Below are positions 17,800-25,560 of a DNA stretch of 39,928 nucleotides, one piece after another. The translations under genes were made by a program, and so were the position numbers. Below the pieces are notes generated by a model. It saw nothing but the letters and a program-made list of their open reading frames with translations. It did not search any database and had not been told where the DNA came from. Source of the DNA: Candidatus Altiarchaeota archaeon (GTDB taxonomy: Archaea; Altiarchaeota; Altiarchaeia; IMC4; SCGC-AAA252-I15). Where the stretch lies: positions 1 through 39,928 of the forward strand of contig JAZDIN010000002.1 in NCBI GenBank assembly GCA_043804895.1, given 5' to 3'. Each line of letters starts with the position of its first letter. Position 1 is the first letter of the stretch.

Positions 17800-18304
17800 C
17801 TTTCTCCCTCGTGACTACCTTGATGTCGTCTCCGTTGACTATGACTGGTATGGGAACCGCAGCCTCGATAAGTTCCACGGTTATCTCGTTCTTGTCCTTG
17901 TCTATCTTCGCCACCCTCGCCTTCTCACCCTTGAACGGGCCTGCAATCAGCTCTATGAGGTCGCCTCTGTTAACTTCGGTTACTATTGGCGTCGGCTTCA
18001 GGGTCTTCTCCAAGTCCTCTATTGGTATTATGCCTGCGCTTTCAAGGTTGCCTTTCTCCTTTAAGAGTAGTCCCTTGGTTTTAGGCACCTCCCTTGCAAG
18101 GTCTTCGACGACGCCTGGGCTGTTAGCCTCGACCAGGACGTAACCCTTCAATCCACTAGTGTAAAGAACGCTATAAACCTTCCCCCCCTCTGCCATCGTA
18201 ATGCCCCTCTTGCTTGTTGCTTCCCTGTACAAAAGCTCGGCCACGACCCTCTCCTGGCCTGCAGTTGCCTTCACAGCGTAAATCTTAGGTGTGTCTTCGT
18301 TCAT
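17792..18304 (-). CDS. spt5: Transcription elongation factor Spt5 (NusG homologue)
   Basis: NGN domain (GQE..VA, LKGYVLVEA) plus KOW (GDLIELIAGPFKGEKA). Confidence 0.96.
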   Translation of the reverse strand: MNEDTPKIYAVKATAGQERVVAELLYREATSKRGITMAEGGKVYSVLYTSGLKGYVLVEANSPGVVEDLAREVPKTKGLLLKEKGNLESAGIIPIEDLEKTLKPTPIVTEVNRGDLIELIAGPFKGEKARVAKIDKDKNEITVELIEAAVPIPVIVNGDDIKVVTREKDE

Positions 18305-18307
18305 CTG

Positions 18308-18478
18308 TCACCAGCCGCGTTGCAATACCTGGAATATCAGGAATATGGCAAACCCAACAAAACCTATGATAGCTATACCAGCACCACATATCTTGATGCT
18401 CTCATTGTACTCAGACGGTTTAGGCTTCCTTGTGAGCCTGAGTATCCTCCTCGTCTCGCTGATGGCCTTCGCTATCAT
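18308..18478 (-). CDS. secE: Protein translocase SecE / Sec61-gamma
   Basis: Hand translation MIAKAISETRRILRLTRKPKPSEYNESIKICGAGIAIIGFVGFAIFLIFQVLQRGW*; conserved ftsZ-secE-spt5 order. Not in the ORF track. Confidence 0.95.
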   Translation of the reverse strand: MIAKAISETRRILRLTRKPKPSEYNESIKICGAGIAIIGFVGFAIFLIFQVLQRGW

Positions 18479-18518
18479 TCTAACCCCAACTATAAGGAAG
18501 TTACAGTATAAAAAGCGC

Positions 18519-19670
18519 CTATAAGCTCTTTAGTCCTATATCGATTCCTTTACCCTCCTGCTGCTCTATCTTCTCCTCAAGCTCGCCTTCGTAGCCTGGG
18601 ACGCTGACTCCGGACAGTATTAAGAGCGTCTTTATGACGTTCCGGTCTAATCCTTCGTCTATCTGGGCTCCCCAGATTATCTCAGCCTCTGGGCTTATGC
18701 GCTCTGAGACTATCCTCACTATCTCCTCAGCCTCCTCAAGGGTCATGTCCCTCGAGCCTATGATGTTGATTAGAGCGCCTTTCGCATTGCTTATGTCTGT
18801 GTCCAGAAGCGGCGATGTGAGGGCCTTCTCAACAGATTCCCTTGAGCGTGCCTCCATTGGAGTGTCCTTCGCTGATGAGCCGAGGCCTATCATAGCGGTT
18901 CCGCCATCCTTCATAATCGCCCTAACGTCTGCGAAGTCGAGGTTGACGAGTCCTGGTTTTGTGACCATCTCTGTGATGCCTTTGACGCTGTTGCTCAGAA
19001 GCTCGTCGGCAACCCTGAATGCGGCGTTCAACGGCAGGTTTGGCGCGATGTCCAACAGCCTGTCGTTCGGTATCACGATTACAGTGTCAGCGTACTTTCT
19101 CAGTTTCCTCAACCCTCTCAAGGCATTCTCAGCCCTCACATGGCCTTCTACGCTGAAAGGTAGTGTTACTATAGCTATAGTCAGAGCTTGTAGTTCCTTT
19201 GCAATCTCGGCAATAACTGGCGCACTTCCTGTTCCGGTTCCTCCGCCGAGTCCGCATGTGATGAACACCAGGTCCGCGCCCTGCAGCACCCCGGATAGCT
19301 TGTCAACGTCAGCTTCGGCGCATTGTTCCCCGATTTCCGGGTCGTTGCCTGCTCCGACTCCGCCTGTGACGCTTGTCCCAATCAGGACTTTCGTTGGAGC
19401 CTTTGAATACAAGAGGTGGAGTGCGTCGGTGTTTACGGAAATGACTTCCCCGCCTTCAACGCCCATCTCCAAAAGTCTGTCGATTGTGTTGCTTCCAGCT
19501 CCGCCGCATCCGATAACACGGATTGACGTCCTTATGCCCTCGACAATCCTCCTCAGCTCCTCATCGGTGTCCGAGGATTTGCCGGGATAATTCGCCGGCT
19601 TCACAGAGACCGCATGCGGTCCCGTTCCTGACTTAGTTTTACTGATAGCCTCCTGAACTATAGCATCCAT
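18519..19670 (-). CDS. ftsZ: Cell division protein FtsZ
   Basis: GCGGAGSN, GLGGGTGTG and NLDFADV motifs; GGGGTG SD. Confidence 0.98.
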   Translation of the reverse strand: MDAIVQEAISKTKSGTGPHAVSVKPANYPGKSSDTDEELRRIVEGIRTSIRVIGCGGAGSNTIDRLLEMGVEGGEVISVNTDALHLLYSKAPTKVLIGTSVTGGVGAGNDPEIGEQCAEADVDKLSGVLQGADLVFITCGLGGGTGTGSAPVIAEIAKELQALTIAIVTLPFSVEGHVRAENALRGLRKLRKYADTVIVIPNDRLLDIAPNLPLNAAFRVADELLSNSVKGITEMVTKPGLVNLDFADVRAIMKDGGTAMIGLGSSAKDTPMEARSRESVEKALTSPLLDTDISNAKGALINIIGSRDMTLEEAEEIVRIVSERISPEAEIIWGAQIDEGLDRNVIKTLLILSGVSVPGYEGELEEKIEQQEGKGIDIGLKSL

Positions 19671-19740
19671 CAATTACACCCCACTAAGACGAATATTAAC
19701 TGTGTTTTTATTATAAATTACACCTTAAAAAAGGAGAGCC

Positions 19741-20655
19741 TCAGCAGCCTTTGTCGGAAAGCTCCTTAAGCCTGTCTACCCCGTCCTTGACGCTCTTCTG
19801 AATCCTCGCAAGCTCCGTCTCATTTCTCTCAGGCTTGAACAGGTGCCTGAACCTCCCCTGCAGCTTCAGGTACTCCTCCACAGGCTTCAACTTACTCGAG
19901 TCAACTGGCATATTCAGTTTGTGTTTCCCATCGATTATCTCAAAGAGTGGAGTCGCTCCTGTGTCGACGCCGAGCTTCGCGACCTTGATGCACGCCTCAG
20001 GTTCAATCCTCCACCCAGGCACGCAAGGCACATAAACATTCAGGAACTTCGGCCCCTTAGTCGCAAGCGCAGTCTTCACCTTCCTCAGGAAGTCCGTGTG
20101 GTATCCGACAGAGGCAGTCGCCAGGTACGGCGCACCATGAGCAGCCATGATGTGTATCAAATCCTTCTTCCCCTCATGCTTCCCTATACTCACCTTACCT
20201 GCAGGAGAAGTCGTCGTCGACGCTCCGTATGGCGTTGCCCCGCTCCGTTGTATACCCGTGTTCATGTAAGCTTCATTGTCTGTGCAAATGTAAGTGATGT
20301 TATGCCCCCTTTCGAACGCTCCTGAAAGGCACTGCAACCCTATGTCATATGTTCCGCCGTCGCCTCCAAGGACTAGGACGTTAACGTCCTCCTTCCCAAG
20401 GACCTTCAAGGCCCTCTCCACCCCTGAGGCCACGGCGCTGTTGTTCTCGAACGCGCTGTGAACCCACGGAACCTCCCACGCGGTCTCAGGGTATGGTGTA
20501 GAAACGACTTCCATGCAACCTGTGCACTGGCAGACGATGGTGTTAGGCCCTGCGACTTTCATGAGCAGCCTAAGCGCTAATGACTCCCCGCACCCAGCGC
20601 AAGCCCTGTGTCCGCGCGCGAAATACTCCCGCTCATCCAATCCAAGTATGGCCAT
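19741..20655 (-). CDS. porB: Pyruvate/2-oxoacid:ferredoxin oxidoreductase beta subunit
   Basis: GHRACAGCG, GGDGGTYDIG and DNEAYMNTGIQRS motifs; the ATG overlaps the porA stop. Confidence 0.95.
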   Translation of the reverse strand: MAILGLDEREYFARGHRACAGCGESLALRLLMKVAGPNTIVCQCTGCMEVVSTPYPETAWEVPWVHSAFENNSAVASGVERALKVLGKEDVNVLVLGGDGGTYDIGLQCLSGAFERGHNITYICTDNEAYMNTGIQRSGATPYGASTTTSPAGKVSIGKHEGKKDLIHIMAAHGAPYLATASVGYHTDFLRKVKTALATKGPKFLNVYVPCVPGWRIEPEACIKVAKLGVDTGATPLFEIIDGKHKLNMPVDSSKLKPVEEYLKLQGRFRHLFKPERNETELARIQKSVKDGVDRLKELSDKGC

Positions 20656-21827
20656 CAGAACATCCACTCCTCCTTCCTGCCTTCATCATTCAAAGTCATG
20701 TTGACTATCGCTTCGATGTGGTCGAGCCTAACGTCCCTACCGCCTAAACCCACTATGAAGCTCCTCAGGTGAGGCCTCTTATCAGAATCATAAAGCACTG
20801 ATGCGATCTCATGGTAGAGCGGCCCGCCAAGTCCGGGTGAGAGGGCCTTCTCAACAACCGCTATCCTCTTGTAATTCTCAAGCTTCTTCCTCAGAAGTTC
20901 CGCAGGGAAAGGCCTGTACGTTATTATCTTCAACAATCCTGCCTTGACGCCCTTGCCTCTCATCTGGTCTATGACCTCCTTTATCGTCCCGCAGACGGAA
21001 CCCATAGAAACGAGCACTACGTCAGCGTCACCCATCTTATACTCTTCGACGTGATAGTACTTCTCAGGTCTTGAATCCTTTATCGTGCAAGGGAAGGTCT
21101 TGCTATACTCAGCCATGACCTCTTCGATAACCTTAAGCGAGCTGTCGATGACGTCACACTGCTCCTTGCGGAATTCCATGTAATGCGTCGGGAATCCTAT
21201 TGGCCCCTGAGTCAGCGGCTCCTTCGGGTCTAAGATGGCGTGAACCGGCTTATACTTCGGCAGGAACTGGTTGACCTCCTCTTTAGAGTGTACCTCCACC
21301 GGCTCGTAGACGTGTGAAAGGGTGAAACCGTCCATGCAGACCATGGAAGGCAGGAGCACCCTCTTATCCTCGCTAATCTTGTGCTGCATCACGGTCATGT
21401 CATAGCCTTCCTGTGCTGTCTCAACATACAACTGAATCCAACCTGAATCACGCTCTGAAATCGAATCCTGCTGGTCGTTCCATATGTTAATGGGAGCACT
21501 CAAAGCCCTGTTGACGACAGACATGCAAACAGGCAGTCGCATTCCGGATGTGATGAACAGAATCTCATGCATGAGGGCAAGACCCTGAGACGACGTGGAA
21601 GTGTAAGACCTGACTCCCGTAGCCGATGCGCCAAGGCAAGCGGAAATGGCAGTGAACTCAGACTCAACCTGAATGTACTCAGACTTCATCTCCCCGTTCG
21701 CAGCGAACTCCGATAACCTCTCGACGATGTGAGTCTGCGGCGTAATCGGATAAGCCGCTATCACATCAGGTTCAATCGCCTTCACAGCCTCCGCAACGGC
21801 ATGCGACGCCTCCATAACTTCCCTCAT
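20655..21827 (-). CDS. porA: Pyruvate/2-oxoacid:ferredoxin oxidoreductase alpha subunit
   Basis: AYPITPQT, VESE, TSSQGLALMHE and GLGGRD motifs. Confidence 0.95.
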   Translation of the reverse strand: MREVMEASHAVAEAVKAIEPDVIAAYPITPQTHIVERLSEFAANGEMKSEYIQVESEFTAISACLGASATGVRSYTSTSSQGLALMHEILFITSGMRLPVCMSVVNRALSAPINIWNDQQDSISERDSGWIQLYVETAQEGYDMTVMQHKISEDKRVLLPSMVCMDGFTLSHVYEPVEVHSKEEVNQFLPKYKPVHAILDPKEPLTQGPIGFPTHYMEFRKEQCDVIDSSLKVIEEVMAEYSKTFPCTIKDSRPEKYYHVEEYKMGDADVVLVSMGSVCGTIKEVIDQMRGKGVKAGLLKIITYRPFPAELLRKKLENYKRIAVVEKALSPGLGGPLYHEIASVLYDSDKRPHLRSFIVGLGGRDVRLDHIEAIVNMTLNDEGRKEEWMF

Positions 21828-22123
21828 TTTTCTTCAACCACCATTGTAATGCATTTTACCGGGCAGACGTCAGCGCATATCCCGCAACCCTTGCAGAAGT
21901 CAGCGACGAAGTCATACTTCCCGTCCGTGTCCTTGAACCTTGATGCGTCAGGGCAGTAAACCCAGCAAATCGCGCATGCTGTGCACTTGCCATGGTCTGT
22001 GACAGGTTTCATCGCCCTCCACCCGCCGGTCTTAGTGTTTTGTGTGCTGCCGTCGCTCCTCAAGACAGCTCCTGTCGTAATCTCAGCCTTACCAACCTTC
22101 TTCTTGCCTAAGTCAACACTCAT
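21824..22123 (-). CDS. porD: Pyruvate/2-oxoacid:ferredoxin oxidoreductase delta subunit (2x[4Fe-4S])
   Basis: [21 protein letters not shown] and [12 protein letters not shown] motifs. Confidence 0.95.
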   Translation of the reverse strand: MSVDLGKKKVGKAEITTGAVLRSDGSTQNTKTGGWRAMKPVTDHGKCTACAICWVYCPDASRFKDTDGKYDFVADFCKGCGICADVCPVKCITMVVEEK

Positions 22124-22659
22124 TTTCCTTTAGCCTGATTGTAAACCTGCTCCAAAAGCTTCTTATTCTTCTCCCCAAGGCTCCCGGAGAAATGCTCGTC
22201 AACGCCCTTGAATAACCCCTCAAGACTGACCTTACCCGTGAACCCAGCGAACGCGCCAAGCATCGCTGTATTGACTATGTCCCTGCCTAAAATCTCAATA
22301 GCTAGTTTCGAGACATCCAACGTCCTCACATTCAAACCCTTCAAACCAAGCTGCTCGGCGCTCTTGTTGGTGTTGACGATAACCATCCCCCCACTCTTCA
22401 ACCCGGAAGTCACATCAACCGCGCCAAACAAAGTCGAATCCAAAACGACAATATAATCGGGCTCATAAACCTGGCTCTTACGCCTTATGAACGAGTCGGA
22501 AATCCTTGTGAAAGCCTCAACCGGAGCCCCCCGACGCTCCACACCAAACTTCGGAAACGCCTGAGTAAACTTCCCATCATGGAAGGCCGCCACAGACAAT
22601 ATCATCGCTGCTGTGACAGCACCCTGCCCGCCCCTACCGTGAAAACGAACCTCCTCCAT
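22120..22659 (-). CDS. porC: Pyruvate/2-oxoacid:ferredoxin oxidoreductase gamma subunit
   Basis: [22 protein letters not shown] and NTAMLGA motifs; ATG at 22659 preferred. Confidence 0.95.
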   Translation of the reverse strand: MEEVRFHGRGGQGAVTAAMILSVAAFHDGKFTQAFPKFGVERRGAPVEAFTRISDSFIRRKSQVYEPDYIVVLDSTLFGAVDVTSGLKSGGMVIVNTNKSAEQLGLKGLNVRTLDVSKLAIEILGRDIVNTAMLGAFAGFTGKVSLEGLFKGVDEHFSGSLGEKNKKLLEQVYNQAKGK

Positions 22660-22708
22660 ACTGCCAACAATATGAGAAACCAAACATATAAGCGACCCCC
22701 ACGCAACG

Positions 22709-22716
22709 TTTAAATA
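22709..22716 (+). promoter_or_regulatory. TATA-like box upstream of rpl35ae
   Basis: TTTAAATA about 30 nt upstream of the ATG, in the divergent por/rpl35ae intergenic region. Confidence 0.4.
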
Positions 22717-22746
22717 CTACCTCTGTTCTAATACTAAACCCTTAAA

Positions 22747-23004
22747 ATGGAAGCTACAGTCATGAACTACCGGCGCGGAAAAAACACCCAGAACACGCAC
22801 CAGATGATAATCCACCCGGCGGGTTCAAAAAACAAGGAAGACGCCACCAAGCTAATCGGAAAAACCGTGGAATGGACGACAACCGCAGACAACAAACTAC
22901 AAGGCAAAATAACCAAAACACACGGCTCAAACGGCGCAGTAGTAGCCCAATTCCCCAAAGGCCTCCCAGGCCAAGCAATCGGCACAAAAGCCAAAGTACT
23001 CTAA
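22747..23004 (+). CDS. rpl35ae: 50S ribosomal protein L35Ae (eL33)
   Basis: NYRRGKNTQ, GKITKTHGSNGAV and GLPGQAIG motifs. Confidence 0.95.
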   Translation: MEATVMNYRRGKNTQNTHQMIIHPAGSKNKEDATKLIGKTVEWTTTADNKLQGKITKTHGSNGAVVAQFPKGLPGQAIGTKAKVL

Positions 23005-23110
23005 GAAAACCCATTCCTCATGGAAAGGGAGGCATATCATTACAAAACAAAAACAACCCTCCTCCTTTTAAATCCCTACTCACACAATAAAAAACACATT
23101 CAGCATCGCT

Positions 23111-23272
23111 TCAGTGACCCTGAACTCATTCAGGTGAAATTAAAAAAAATAAACGCCGCTGTAGCTCATCCACAGCCTTATCAAGGCTGGCGAATGGGAC
23201 ACTTCGGCAAAGCCTCAGTGACCCTGAACTCATTCAGGTGAAATAAAAAAAAATAAACGCCGCTGTAGCTCA
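23111..23272 (+). repeat. 58-nt direct repeat (23111-23168 and 23215-23272, 1 mismatch) including the first 14 nt of tRNA-Phe
   Basis: TCAGTGACCCTGAACTCATTCAGGTGAAAT(T/A)AAAAAAAATAAACGCCGCTGTAGCTCA occurs twice. Confidence 0.93.
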
Positions 23273-23409
23273 GCCCGGGAGAGCACTCGGCTGAAGGAGC
23301 CACTTTCTTTTAATAAAAAGAAAAGTGCTTCACCCCAAAAGAAAAACGGGTGGAGGCCAGTTAAGCTTCTGAGACCGAGGTGTCGCGTGTTCAAACCACG
23401 CCGGCGGCA
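23259..23409 (+). tRNA. tRNA-Phe(GAA) with a 77-nt intron at position 37/38 (23297-23373); CCA not encoded
   Basis: Acceptor stem GCCGCTG/CGGCGGC, D arm GCTC/GAGC, anticodon arm CTCGG-CTGAAG|A-CCGAG, T arm GCGTG-TTCAAAC-CACGC, and a BHB-like exon-intron junction. Confidence 0.93.
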
Positions 23410-23411
23410 CA

Positions 23412-23587
23412 GAGCCTTCTAAGGCTCGCGAAGGTGCTATCAGCAAAAACCGAAGGTTTTTGTCTGAGACAAGAGGCTAAAGCCTCTTGCTCATCTTCGC
23501 CTTCGGCTCGATAGCACTGAACGTTACCTCTACTGCAGCCTTACTGTGGTTCGCGAAGGAGGGGCTTCCGCTACGCTCCAGTCCCTC
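23412..23587. repeat. Cluster of palindromes (REP/MITE-like element or structured ncRNA) downstream of tRNA-Phe
   Basis: Stems GAGCCT/AGGCTC, GTGCTATC/GATAGCAC, CAAAAACC/GGTTTTTG, CAAGAGGC/GCCTCTTG and GAGGGGCT/AGTCCCTC, followed by a T-rich tract. Confidence 0.7.
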
Positions 23588-23703
23588 TGAATGCGATTTT
23601 TTTGTTTTGGTTTTCCCTCAACTATAATAACACACCCATGACTTCTTTTGTTTTTATGACTTATTTACTAGTATTCTAACTTATTTCACACCACTCTCAC
23701 AGA

Positions 23704-24651
23704 ATGCACAAGAACCTTGATAATAAGCTTAAACTTGTCAAAAAGCTGAAGTTTAAGGTAAGCAGACACAAACACCACGCGCACAAGCATCGCAGGCGTG
23801 ACTTACTTGGTTCAGAGCCTAAACTCCAACTCGGCGCATGCCTAATAAATTCCAAAAACCCGCCAACAGACCCGTTCAAATTCAGGACAGGAGGTGGTAT
23901 TGGAATATCAGCAACAGACACTGGATGCGCCAAACAAAACATAAAAAAAGAAGCAAATACTCATAAACCCCTCACCCCCCAACTCCCACTTGATGGGTCT
24001 GAAATTCAGTCTGTCACATCCGACATACTAGAGGATTCTGTGGAAAGCGACGAGTCCACTTCAACTCCCACAATCCCTCTCATCATCGGAGTCGTCGCAG
24101 TGTTCTCAATAGTGCTACTCATCGCCCTAATACTCGGAGGCCTACTCATGTTCTCAATGTTCCTCGAATCAGACCCCCCTCAAGAGGCTGCTGTTGCGAA
24201 ATCGGACGCATCAACGATACTCAGGGAGCTTTCCTCAACGACAACGACCGCGTCAACCACCTCAACCTCAACATCCTCCACTACCTCAACTTCAACTACC
24301 CCCCAACTGATAATATGCAAGGCCCCTTACATCAGATTCGGCCTCGGCTGCTGCCTTGACGTGAACGGGAACAGGATATGCGACTCCGATGAATACTCAA
24401 CAACCACTCTCTCAGATTACATATTCTGCTCCTCAGACGCGCAGTGTGGCGCGACACGCGTGGAATACGCGTGCAGGAACGGGGACGTCCACCGCCTCAC
24501 CTTCACATTCTTCTGCAGGCACCCTGGGGCAAGGACTTCAACATGCGAGCGCAACGTCATAGACGATACAACCGACATATGCTCTGCTGATGAGCAGTGT
24601 GTGAGCGGCCGCGACAAATGCCAGAAGAATTGGGTTCCTAGCAACTTTTAG
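23704..24651 (+). CDS. Single-pass membrane protein with Ser/Thr-rich linker and Cys-rich extracellular domain
   Basis: TM helix, poly-S/T run, CKAPYIRFGLGCCLDVNGNRICDSDE and further Cys pairs; start uncertain. Confidence 0.75.
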   Translation: MHKNLDNKLKLVKKLKFKVSRHKHHAHKHRRRDLLGSEPKLQLGACLINSKNPPTDPFKFRTGGGIGISATDTGCAKQNIKKEANTHKPLTPQLPLDGSEIQSVTSDILEDSVESDESTSTPTIPLIIGVVAVFSIVLLIALILGGLLMFSMFLESDPPQEAAVAKSDASTILRELSSTTTTASTTSTSTSSTTSTSTTPQLIICKAPYIRFGLGCCLDVNGNRICDSDEYSTTTLSDYIFCSSDAQCGATRVEYACRNGDVHRLTFTFFCRHPGARTSTCERNVIDDTTDICSADEQCVSGRDKCQKNWVPSNF

Positions 24652-25519
24652 CCTTCTTGTATGGCACGCCTCTGATTAGCTTCCTCATCATGGCTGTCGT
24701 TAGCATGGTGTCGCTTCCGACTTTCACCTGCAGTCGCTCTGTGATTGTGCCTACTTCGACGCACGGGCACCCGTGTTTTGCAGCAGTTGACACTATCCTG
24801 TCAACCTCGCCTGCTGGCACGCTCATGAGCATCGTGCCCATGTACCGTGTCGGGCTCTGGTAGGGTATCGAAGTAATCTTACAACCTTTCTGGCTTTTCA
24901 CAAGCATCTCAGTCAGGTTCCCGAACCATCCTCCGCGGCTCGCATCCTTCATCGCATGAATCTCAACCTTCTTTCCGATGAGGTCGTATATTGTGTTGAA
25001 CTTCACGTTCGCGCGGTGCACTCTCTCACCTAACTCCCCCTCCATCACATGGCCGACCATCAGTATCTTATCATCGACCCTGCAGTCAGAGTCCGGCACA
25101 GGCTTGCCTATTAGCTTGCCAACTACTGTAAATGATATGCACGGTTTCAGGTCGTTCTCAAGCTGGGTGTTGCCGCCGACTATCGGCACCCCAATACCGT
25201 TACTCTGTTTTTTGATATCCTCGGTAATCTCCTTAGCCTGCTCGATTGAATCAACCTGCATCGCATCAAACCCAAACAACGGCTTACCGCCCATGGCAAC
25301 AATATCAGCGCATGTGTGGATGAGACCCGTCTTCCTCCCAATATTCAACGGATACGGACCCTCCACATTATAGACGTATTCTCCGACAACAACAGCATCA
25401 TCCCCCTGCCTAATCCCAAAAGTAAGGCCCTCCACCTTCTCATCCATATGCCACAAAACCCTCCTAATAGGAGAAGTCTCAAGCAAATGACCGATACTGC
25501 GTTGGATTTCCTCCTTCAT
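24638..25519 (-). CDS. AIR synthase (PurM/ThiL/SelD superfamily)-related protein
   Basis: GDDA, DIVAMGGKP, VGGNT and KDASRGG motifs. Confidence 0.85.
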   Translation of the reverse strand: MKEEIQRSIGHLLETSPIRRVLWHMDEKVEGLTFGIRQGDDAVVVGEYVYNVEGPYPLNIGRKTGLIHTCADIVAMGGKPLFGFDAMQVDSIEQAKEITEDIKKQSNGIGVPIVGGNTQLENDLKPCISFTVVGKLIGKPVPDSDCRVDDKILMVGHVMEGELGERVHRANVKFNTIYDLIGKKVEIHAMKDASRGGWFGNLTEMLVKSQKGCKITSIPYQSPTRYMGTMLMSVPAGEVDRIVSTAAKHGCPCVEVGTITERLQVKVGSDTMLTTAMMRKLIRGVPYKKAKSC

Positions 25520-25560
25520 GATTCACCGGGTTAATATTGTTTTGTTTAATATAATATGGT

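Noticed and set aside
18634-19590. Long antisense ORFs (opposite ftsZ; also 1400-1942, 15601-16263, 17432-18064, 33300-33914, 37416-38069)
   Set aside because: These are shadow frames of well-supported genes on the other strand.
19741-22659. por operon, and likewise pyrBIC, as novel systems
   Set aside because: Canonical gene order and intact motifs; ordinary housekeeping.
23155-23220. Second, split or permuted tRNA gene
   Set aside because: Only 14 nt match the tRNA; no anticodon or T arm follows and no complementary trans-splicing leader is evident.
23020-23241. 73-aa ORF upstream of tRNA-Phe
   Set aside because: It runs through the A-rich leader and direct repeat and has no protein-like features; probably spurious.
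23111-23272. Possible CRISPR array
   Set aside because: Only two 58-nt copies, containing tRNA sequence, and no cas genes in the window.
23297-23373. C/D box guide RNA inside the tRNA intron
   Set aside because: A CUGA is present near the 3' end, but no RUGAUGA C box.
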